NCBI GenBank assembly: GCA_902799285.1
Contig: CADCAA010000002.1
Location: 1 to 49,207 of the forward strand
Reading direction: 5' to 3'
Source: an uncultured Pseudomonadota bacterium
Lineage (GTDB): Bacteria; Pseudomonadota; Alphaproteobacteria; Rs-D84
Length of the DNA stretch: 49,207 nt
Shown here: piece after piece, positions 9,475 through 16,414 of the stretch
How positions within the stretch are numbered: the stretch's first letter is position 1
Layout of the letters: each line of letters starts with the position of its first letter
The notes under the pieces: model-generated
Told to the model about the DNA's origin: nothing
What the model saw: only the letters and a program-made list of their open reading frames with translations
Database searches by the model: none
Program-made: the position numbers and the translations under genes

Positions 9475-10773
9475 TCATTTCCCCAAACACAATTGTGAAA
9501 ATGTTGCGTCCATTATGTCGTTGGCGGTAATGGTGCCAAGTATTTTTCCAATATTGTCGGCGGCCGTGCGGACATGTTCGGCAAATATGTCATAATTGCC
9601 GTCGAATTTTTGTATCGCGTTTTCTAATTCATATTTTGTGTCGGTCAGCAATTTATATGTGCGCGCGTTCAGGACAAGTGCGTTTTCCGTGTTGTCCAGC
9701 ATGCTGTGCATTTTTTCGCGGATGGCCGAAAGCAGGGTGTCAATACCGTCGCCGGTTTCGGCAGATGTATAAATTGCGTTTTTGTTTTTGCGGGTTTTAA
9801 TTTTGTCAGATTTGTTGATAACAATTATTGTTTTGTTATCGGTTGCGATATCGGTATTGTCACAGAAAATGTGCAAAATCAAATCTGCGTTTTCGGTTTC
9901 TGCGCGTGTGCGGTCGATTCCGATTTTTTCGATTTTGTCGTCCGTGTCGCGCAGGCCCGCCGTATCCGATAAATTTACCAAATATCCATCAATGTCGATT
10001 TGTGCGCTGACCACATCGCGGGTTGTGCCGGCGATGTCCGATACGATGGCACGGTTGTGTCCCACCAGTCGATTAAAGATTGATGATTTGCCGACATTTG
10101 TTTCGCCAACCAATACAATATTGAATCCATGTGTGATTGCGCGCGATATATTGTATTGTGAAAGTGATGTGTTGATTTCTGAAAATAATTCTTTGGTTTT
10201 AGCGAGTATTTTTTCAGATATGTTTTTTGGTAAATCGTCCGCGTCATAGTCCAAAATGGCGGCGGCGTATGCGGCGATTTCAACCATCTGTTCGCGCCAA
10301 TCGTTATATTTTTCACTGTCGCGGCCCAACATAGATTTTAATGCAAATTGTCTTTGTTTATCTGTTTGTGCGTCCAACAATGCGGCCAATCCATCGACAT
10401 CCGACAGGTTCATTTTGCCGTTCAAAAATGCGCGACGTGAAAATTCACCGGGTTCGGCCATACGCATATTTTGTGCGGATAAAAATGCAAAGATTTTGTT
10501 CACAACCGCCGGGGCACCGTGGCTGTGAATTTCGATTACGTCGGTGCCAGTGAAAGAATTTGGTGTGGCAAAATAAATTGCGATACATTGGTCGATTAAA
10601 TCGCCATTTTCATCGCGCAGGTTGCAAAAGTATGCGTGTCGCGCATCAAATTTTTTGCGTCCCAAGATTTTTGCAAAAAAGTCATGTAAGTTATCGCCGG
10701 AAATGCGGATGACCCCGACGCCGGATTTTCCAAAGCCTGAACTGAGTGCAAAAATTGTATCGGTGTTATTCAT
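9475..10773 (-). CDS. mnmE: tRNA modification GTPase MnmE (TrmE)
   Basis: G1 motif GETNVGKSSIFN, G3 motif DTAGLR and the C-terminal CLGK motif are present. It is 432 aa. Confidence 0.9.
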   Translation of the reverse strand: MNNTDTIFALSSGFGKSGVGVIRISGDNLHDFFAKILGRKKFDARHAYFCNLRDENGDLIDQCIAIYFATPNSFTGTDVIEIHSHGAPAVVNKIFAFLSAQNMRMAEPGEFSRRAFLNGKMNLSDVDGLAALLDAQTDKQRQFALKSMLGRDSEKYNDWREQMVEIAAYAAAILDYDADDLPKNISEKILAKTKELFSEINTSLSQYNISRAITHGFNIVLVGETNVGKSSIFNRLVGHNRAIVSDIAGTTRDVVSAQIDIDGYLVNLSDTAGLRDTDDKIEKIGIDRTRAETENADLILHIFCDNTDIATDNKTIIVINKSDKIKTRKNKNAIYTSAETGDGIDTLLSAIREKMHSMLDNTENALVLNARTYKLLTDTKYELENAIQKFDGNYDIFAEHVRTAADNIGKILGTITANDIMDATFSQLCLGK

Positions 10774-10775
10774 TT

Positions 10776-11354
10776 TTATGCGCCTTTACTGATTTCTTTT
10801 AATGCCATTGGCACCAGTTTTGTGACGTCCATATCTGGGTTTGCGGCCACCAATTTTTGCGCCATATCGATAATGTCTAATCTGCGATAACCCAATGATT
10901 CCAGTGCGGACAATAAGTCAGGCAGGGCACCGTTCGCAGTATCGTCACCACCAAAATCAAATGATGCGCCGCCCATTTTGTTCTTTAATTCAACAATGAT
11001 TTTTTCGGCAACCTTTTTACCGACACCTGGGGCGGTTGCGATTGTTTTTGCGTCCCCAGTTGCGATTGCCTGCATCAATGTATCAATTTTAATTGATGAC
11101 ATAATTGCCATGGCAACCTTTGGTCCGACGCCGGATACGGTTGTTAATTGATTGAATAAATTTTGTCCAGCCATACTTTCAAATCCAAACAGACGGATAG
11201 AATCTTCGCGGACAACGGTTTCTATCCACAGGCTGACCGTTGATTTCAAAGTCAGATAATCTGGGGTGTATACTTTATACCCAACCGGGCCGGCCATAAT
11301 AATTACAAAACCGTCCCCAATATAATCAACAATTCCTTGCAATTTGCCAATCAT
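10776..11354 (-). CDS. ruvA: Holliday junction DNA helicase subunit RuvA
   Basis: The N-terminus is MIGKLQGIV. There are two helix-hairpin-helix motifs (VSGVGPKVAMAI, APGVGKKVAEKI). It is 192 aa. Confidence 0.9.
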   Translation of the reverse strand: MIGKLQGIVDYIGDGFVIIMAGPVGYKVYTPDYLTLKSTVSLWIETVVREDSIRLFGFESMAGQNLFNQLTTVSGVGPKVAMAIMSSIKIDTLMQAIATGDAKTIATAPGVGKKVAEKIIVELKNKMGGASFDFGGDDTANGALPDLLSALESLGYRRLDIIDMAQKLVAANPDMDVTKLVPMALKEISKGA

Positions 11355-11404
11355 TTGTTATCCTTTTACCCGTATTTTAATCTAATTAAATCAAAAGGTC
11401 AAAT

Positions 11405-12121
11405 ATGAGTGGACACAGTAAATGGCATAACATCCAACACAAGAAAGGCTTGGCGGATGCGGCGCGCAGTGGACTTTTTACAAAGTTGGCGCGTGAAATA
11501 ACAATGGCGGCGAAACTGGGCGATAAAAACCCCGACAATAATCCGCGGTTGCGTTTGGCTATTTTGCAGGCGCGCAAGAATTCTATGCCAAATGATAATA
11601 TTAAACGCGCGATTGATAAAGCATCGGGTTCTAATACCGAAAACTTTGTGGCTGTGCGGTACGAAGGATATGGCCCGGGTGCGGTGCCCGTTATTGTTGA
11701 GGCTTTGACCGATAATCCACGCAGAACAGTGCCCGAGGTTCGCAATATCTTTGCCAAAAATGGTGGCAATATGGGCGAAGAAGGCTCTGTCGTGTTTATG
11801 TTCACGCATGCTGGGCAAATTATGTATCCGGCGTCGATTGGTAAAACCGAAGATGAAATGATGGAATTGGTGATGGAGGTTGATGCAGATAACCTGGAAA
11901 CATCGGACGAAGGATTTATCATTACAACAAAGCCTGATAATTTTATGAATGTGCAAAAGGCTTTGGCGGATAAATTGGGTGAACCAGAAAGCGCAGAATT
12001 GACATGGGTTCCAAATATGCCAATGGATTTAGATGACGAAGCATATGCAAAAATCGAAAAGTTGGTTGATGCGCTGGATGCGAATGATGATGTGCAGAAG
12101 GTGTTCACGGCCGCCGCGTAA
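11405..12121 (+). CDS. yebC: YebC/PmpR family DNA-binding regulator
   Basis: It has the hallmark N-terminus MSGHSKWHNIQHKKG. It is 238 aa. Confidence 0.9.
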   Translation: MSGHSKWHNIQHKKGLADAARSGLFTKLAREITMAAKLGDKNPDNNPRLRLAILQARKNSMPNDNIKRAIDKASGSNTENFVAVRYEGYGPGAVPVIVEALTDNPRRTVPEVRNIFAKNGGNMGEEGSVVFMFTHAGQIMYPASIGKTEDEMMELVMEVDADNLETSDEGFIITTKPDNFMNVQKALADKLGEPESAELTWVPNMPMDLDDEAYAKIEKLVDALDANDDVQKVFTAAA

Positions 12122-12232
12122 GTAAAATAAAAATATAACGGTACATCTGCTTGTTATTTGTTCGCTTGTGTAGCGTTTGTACACGGCGCTTACAAATAAC
12201 TTCGCATCTGTGCCGTTCTCTTTTTATTTTTG
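12122..12232 (+). repeat. long-hairpin palindromic intergenic element, full copy 1
   Basis: Outer arms 12123-12141 and 12213-12231 pair at 16 of 19 positions. Conserved ATAACGG, ATCTGCTT, centre TGTAGC..TTGTACAC, CGCATCT and CCGTT are present. The 9-bp inner stem is 12153-12161 / 12192-12200. Confidence 0.8.
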
Positions 12233-12275
12233 TACACTGCACTCGCCGGAATCAGCGCATTTATCTCATTCTAAT
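12230..12275 (+). repeat. right-half copy of the hairpin element (arm type of copy 2)
   Basis: TTGTACAC-TGCACTC-GCCGGAATC-AGCGCAT aligns with 19409-19439 of copy 2. There is no matching left arm. Confidence 0.6.
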
Positions 12276-12294
12276 TTATTTTTTTATTAATTAT

Positions 12295-12325
12295 TTACAA
12301 ATAACTTCGCATCTGTGCGGCTCAT
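12295..12325 (+). repeat. right-arm fragment of the hairpin element (arm type of copy 1)
   Basis: The 24 nt TTACAAATAACTTCGCATCTGTGC at 12295-12318 are identical to 12190-12213. Confidence 0.7.
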
Positions 12326-12332
12326 CTGACTA

Positions 12333-13055
12333 GTGATTTTTTGTATGGTGTATTGTATAAATGATATTGATGCAGCGATTAAGAAAACAAGGGATAAAAT
12401 TGCCCCAGTGGCTGATGCTGTGGTTGACGAGTTGAAATTGTCATCAGGAACAAAATTGTTTTTTGTTGGTGGGTCTGTTCGGGACAGAGTTTTGAATGAA
12501 TTGTTTTCAGGAAATTATGATTCCAAAGATATTGATGTTATTTTGTCAAAAAAACAAGATTTTACTCGTAATCCAAATATAACATTTATGCGGCAGAATT
12601 CTTTGGGTGGTATAAAATTACAAACAAAAAATTTTGGTGTGATTGATGTGTTTCAATATTATCTGGATAATCCAGATTTGCTTGTTTGTGATATATTTGA
12701 TTTTAATTGTAATGCAATTTATTATTCGCATTACGAAAAACGGATTTATGCGACATTGCATTTTTATAATTTTATTTTAAGTAAAACAATAGATTTGCAA
12801 AGGGTTATTTACGGCAAAAATGGTTTGGAATATAGTTATCCTGTGTCTTCTTTGGCTTCGCGGGCATTGAAATTTCAAATAGAATTCTGTGAAAGATATG
12901 GTTTGAAATTAAAATTGTCTGCAAATGTTTTGTATATGATATATAACATGGATAAAACCCAAGAACAAAAGATGATTGAATATACAAAAGCCAAGGCCGG
13001 TTCGATTGATTTGCAAAATAAAATATTGTCTGAATATCAAAAATTAAGATGCTGA
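12333..13055 (+). CDS. small head-domain-only class-II nucleotidyltransferase (CCA-adding / poly(A) polymerase family-like)
   Basis: VGGSVRDRVL...KDIDV matches GGxVRD..DxD. DIFDFNCNAIYY resembles the RRDFTINA motif. It is only 240 aa and has no recognisable tRNA-binding body or tail. The start is GTG 12333 or ATG 12345, with no clear SD. Confidence 0.55.
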   Translation: MIFCMVYCINDIDAAIKKTRDKIAPVADAVVDELKLSSGTKLFFVGGSVRDRVLNELFSGNYDSKDIDVILSKKQDFTRNPNITFMRQNSLGGIKLQTKNFGVIDVFQYYLDNPDLLVCDIFDFNCNAIYYSHYEKRIYATLHFYNFILSKTIDLQRVIYGKNGLEYSYPVSSLASRALKFQIEFCERYGLKLKLSANVLYMIYNMDKTQEQKMIEYTKAKAGSIDLQNKILSEYQKLRC

Positions 13056-13086
13056 AAATAATTTGAATTTGGTGTATAATTAAATC

Positions 13087-13614
13087 ATGAGAATATTAGG
13101 AATTGATCCGGGATTGTTGCATACGGGTTGGGCGATTATCGATAGTGATGGCCCATCACGGCACTATGTGGCCAGTGGGGTGATTTTACCGCCGGCAAAA
13201 TTGCCGTTGCCGGAGCGGTTGGATTTTATTTTTCGTGGTGTGTCTGATTTGTGCGAAAATTTTCGGCCGGATGTGTGCAGCATTGAAATTATATTTTCTA
13301 ATAAAAATCCAAAAACGACTTTGATTCTGGGGCATGCACGTGCGGCCGCGATTGTTGCGGTGGCGCATAATGATATTCCAGTGTTTGAGTACGAGGCAAA
13401 TATTATTAAAAAAGCACTGACCGGGGCAGGGCATGCCGATAAAGAACAGATTTATAAAATGCTGAAAATTTTATTGCCGGCGGCAAAACCAAAAACACCG
13501 GACGAAAGCGATGCAATTGCAATTGCTATGACGCATGCGAATATGGCAAAATTTCCCACTTTGTTAAAACTTCGTGGGACAAGCAATGTTCAAAGTTCAA
13601 ATAATGCATTATAA
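13087..13614 (+). CDS. ruvC: crossover junction endodeoxyribonuclease RuvC
   Basis: The N-terminus is MRILGIDPGLLHTGWAII and a C-terminal DESDAIAIAM motif is present. It is 175 aa. Confidence 0.9.
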   Translation: MRILGIDPGLLHTGWAIIDSDGPSRHYVASGVILPPAKLPLPERLDFIFRGVSDLCENFRPDVCSIEIIFSNKNPKTTLILGHARAAAIVAVAHNDIPVFEYEANIIKKALTGAGHADKEQIYKMLKILLPAAKPKTPDESDAIAIAMTHANMAKFPTLLKLRGTSNVQSSNNAL

Positions 13615-13669
13615 TTTTGTTCTTTCCTTTATTTATGTTTTGTGATAAAATTATAAAACAAGAGAGAGT

Positions 13670-15865
13670 ATGAAAAAAATAGCAAAGTTTTTATTGGCTG
13701 TGTTTGCTTTTGCGCCCGCACATGTGGTGGCGGCGCCTGTGGCGACGACCGCCGGAAATAATTTAACCGGGTATAATGGCGCGTCGGAATCATACATCAA
13801 TAATCAATGGAATAATGCAATGAATCCGCGGTCGAATACGGTGACGGCCAAGGCCGATTTCGGTAATTGCGAGGCGATAATTTTACGTTGTGCAAAGCCA
13901 AAATGTTCGGGTGGTGGTTGCGCGGATGTGGATGTTGCAAAATCAATAGTTTCCGGTTGTGTGAAATCTAATACGACATGCAAAAAGCATGGTGATGATT
14001 TGGTGGACTATATCGCGGCACAGTTGGTGTCGTCGTCATCGTCGGCGGTGGCAGAGGCTCAGGCCCAGGCCGCGGCGGCGCAAAGTGCGGCGGAACAAAA
14101 TTCTGCGGCGATGCAGCAACAGATGGCGCAAATGCAACAGCAGATGATACAGATGCAACAACAAAATAATCAGCAAATGGCGTCCCTGCAAAGTGCATTA
14201 GAGGAAAGTCAACGTGCATCACAAGAGGCGGCAACTGCGGCCGCGACAGTGGCAACACAACAACAGGCGTCGGTTGCGAATCCGGATACGGGATTGACCG
14301 TGACGCAGACGGCGGCGGCAAAATCTGGGGTTTCTGATGATGTTATTACGCGTGCAACAATCACCGGTCAAATTATGTCCAGTATGGAGGGTGTTGACCA
14401 AAGTTTGGATAAATTAAAAACGACTATGCGGGATGCGTTCCGTTATGCGGGTTGTAATGAAATTAATGGCGATAACTGTACCGGGCCAAAGCGCGTGAAA
14501 AAATTCAAAGATTTGGCGATGAAATTTTTTGACCCGTATGATGCGCTGGTTGAAAATTTAGAAGACGCGTTGATCAAGGCCCAGACTGTTGGTGTCGATA
14601 TGAGTGATATTTATATGATGCTGAGCGGTTCTTGCAATCGTTGGGCAGAATATATTTGTACGTATGATGGTGAAACATTTCCTGTTTATCATGATTCTGT
14701 AATGCAAATTAATGTTTGTACGTCTGGTAATTGTACATTTTATAATGAACCTGCAAATTGTATAAAGAGTGGTGAGAATACGTATAAAAGTGTTAAGGGT
14801 GTTAGTGGAATTTTGAAAGAAGAAACTTGTTTTCCTGGGCAGGTTATTCCACCAGAAAACATGTCGACTTGCAGGGTAAATAAAATTTATAACGATGCGG
14901 ATGGGTATGATAAAATCCAGGAAAAAATGCTGAATCCTGATAGTAGTTCGACCGGGATAATTCGTATCGGTTGTGCCAGTGATATTATAAACAGTGGTAT
15001 ATTCCGTCGTCGCGCCAGTGCCAGAAAGGGCGGGGTCAGTATTGATATTTTAGAATATTTAATCAGTCAAGATGCACCGAATAGTTTTTCAAAGGAAGAA
15101 AGGGATAATGTAAAAAACACGGTTGAAAAGTATTGTAAAAAAGATAATGATACTTTGAGAAAAGCGACAAGTTCGCGTACTGTGCCAACGAATAAATGTT
15201 GCGAAAAGCAAGGTGAAAATTGCAATAAGTCTTGTGAAGACGAGGATAGTTCGTATATCGATCCTGTGTATGGATTGTGCAGTGTGCATGCGTATAATAT
15301 TGGTGAAACTGTAAATCCAACTGATGAAGATGTTAAAAGTGAAATGCAGGAAAATATCGCTTTGAAATCGACCGTTATAGCACAACAAATGTACAAGCAA
15401 TATAATATGATTGAATCTATGATTAAACGGTTAAAGATTCAGTTGGAAAAATCTGCGTTAAAGGCATCGTTGCAGGTTGCCGGCGCATCGGGCAGTGGCA
15501 GTGATGCTGACGGTGGCAGTGATAAAGTGGAATACAGCGATTGTTCGGGCAAAGACCCCGAGGAGGCTTTGTCGTGTTTGCGTTCAAATTATTCGAAATT
15601 GAAAACTTTTGTTGATAAAGGTAATTTGAGAAATGATGTTGTAAAACAAATTGTCAAGGATTGCAAGGTGTTATATTATTCAATTCCGGTTGTCGCGACA
15701 ACAACAAATATGACCCCAAAGTTCACATTTTATAATGAATGTGAAAATGAATCGGTGGTTAAGAGCAAGAAAAAGGAAGCTTTGCAGCCGATAAGTGGTG
15801 GTATCACTCAATTGAATAATTTGATTAATCAACAAAAGGCCGAGGAACGTCGGGCAAATAGATAA
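13670..15865 (+). CDS. secreted cysteine-rich protein with a Q/A/M-rich coiled-coil tract, no family recognised
   Basis: The signal peptide is MKKIAKFLLAVFAFAPAHVVA/AP. About two dozen Cys are spread over 731 aa. A low-complexity AEAQAQAAAAQ...MQQQMAQMQQQMIQMQQQ tract follows the first Cys cluster. An AGAGAG SD precedes the start. Confidence 0.6.
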   Translation: MKKIAKFLLAVFAFAPAHVVAAPVATTAGNNLTGYNGASESYINNQWNNAMNPRSNTVTAKADFGNCEAIILRCAKPKCSGGGCADVDVAKSIVSGCVKSNTTCKKHGDDLVDYIAAQLVSSSSSAVAEAQAQAAAAQSAAEQNSAAMQQQMAQMQQQMIQMQQQNNQQMASLQSALEESQRASQEAATAAATVATQQQASVANPDTGLTVTQTAAAKSGVSDDVITRATITGQIMSSMEGVDQSLDKLKTTMRDAFRYAGCNEINGDNCTGPKRVKKFKDLAMKFFDPYDALVENLEDALIKAQTVGVDMSDIYMMLSGSCNRWAEYICTYDGETFPVYHDSVMQINVCTSGNCTFYNEPANCIKSGENTYKSVKGVSGILKEETCFPGQVIPPENMSTCRVNKIYNDADGYDKIQEKMLNPDSSSTGIIRIGCASDIINSGIFRRRASARKGGVSIDILEYLISQDAPNSFSKEERDNVKNTVEKYCKKDNDTLRKATSSRTVPTNKCCEKQGENCNKSCEDEDSSYIDPVYGLCSVHAYNIGETVNPTDEDVKSEMQENIALKSTVIAQQMYKQYNMIESMIKRLKIQLEKSALKASLQVAGASGSGSDADGGSDKVEYSDCSGKDPEEALSCLRSNYSKLKTFVDKGNLRNDVVKQIVKDCKVLYYSIPVVATTTNMTPKFTFYNECENESVVKSKKKEALQPISGGITQLNNLINQQKAEERRANR
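14111..14173 (+). repeat. three tandem 21-nt (heptad) repeats encoding MQQQMAQ / MQQQMIQ / MQQQNNQ
   Basis: The units are 14111-14131, 14132-14152 and 14153-14173, in frame within the 731-aa CDS. Confidence 0.7.
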
Positions 15866-15892
15866 TTAAATTTGTTTTGTTCAATTTTTACC

Positions 15893-15917
15893 CCCGCCAA
15901 TCCGGCGGGTGTTTTTT
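15893..15917 (+). terminator. rho-independent terminator
   Basis: Stem CCCGCC (15893-15898), loop AATCC, stem GGCGGG (15904-15909), then TGTTTTTT. Confidence 0.65.
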
Positions 15918-16075
15918 ATCCCACTTCAATCGGGTTCCAAAAAATTGCAAAATTTTTTGGAGGTTATGGAAATGGGTGTCACAATTACCCCGTCTGTTTC
16001 GCTTACGCTGCACATCCACCCCTTCGTTCCCACCCATGAAATTTTGCAATTTCGCGGGGCCCGATGGGAGGGGAA

Positions 16076-16414
16076 TCATTTTCTGAATGTTATTTTGGAT
16101 ATTGCGTCATAGCCAAAGTATTTATTTATGCGGCGCAGGATTTCATCTTGGGCATATGATAATTGCAGGGCCAATGCCGGGTTGGCGGGTTTTATAATAA
16201 CACTATATTTATTTCCAATTGTTTTTTTTATTGCGACCAATTTTGCAATACTTGCAATATCGTCGCCCATAATTTCAGACCAACGTTCGGCCAGGTCGGC
16301 ATCCGATGCGCGACGGCCCCACATTTGAAACAGTCCGCCGAATACCCCCGCGATTGTTGTTGGGCGTTTTATACGTGTCGCGATATTTTCCGATAACTTA
16401 TTTTGATTTGGCAT
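16076..16414 (-). CDS. DUF721 / DciA-like protein
   Basis: The C-terminal pattern is typical of DUF721 (LVAIKK...SVIIKPANPALALQLSYAQDEILRRINKYFG). The ORF opens at 16555 but that part lies inside mltA. ATG 16414 lies 13 nt downstream of the mltA stop codon, so it is preferred. Confidence 0.5.
   Translation of the reverse strand: MPNQNKLSENIATRIKRPTTIAGVFGGLFQMWGRRASDADLAERWSEIMGDDIASIAKLVAIKKTIGNKYSVIIKPANPALALQLSYAQDEILRRINKYFGYDAISKITFRK

Noticed and set aside
11386-12108. A 240-aa ORF on the minus strand, opposite yebC.
   Set aside because: It is a shadow ORF. The plus-strand product has the unmistakable YebC N-terminus, whereas the minus-strand product is low-complexity S/A/I-rich with no motif.
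12122-12232. The hairpin elements read as integron attC sites, since they are imperfect palindromes right after stop codons.
   Set aside because: The flanking genes are core (yebC, ftsK). The ends do not fit RYYYAAC / GTTRRRY well. There is no integrase, and the centre is conserved, whereas attC sites have variable centres.
12190-12318. A 24-nt exact direct repeat that might hint at a CRISPR array.
   Set aside because: There are only two copies. They are arms of the palindromic element family, with no regular spacing and no cas genes.
12151-12333. A 60-aa ORF in the yebC-NTase spacer.
   Set aside because: It is composed entirely of the hairpin-element copies. It has no SD, and its 'protein' simply reads through repeated arms.
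15877-16112. ORFs of 63-69 aa on both strands in the spacer after the 731-aa gene.
   Set aside because: They run through the terminator hairpin, lack an SD, and have odd composition. The region is treated as non-coding (see finding).
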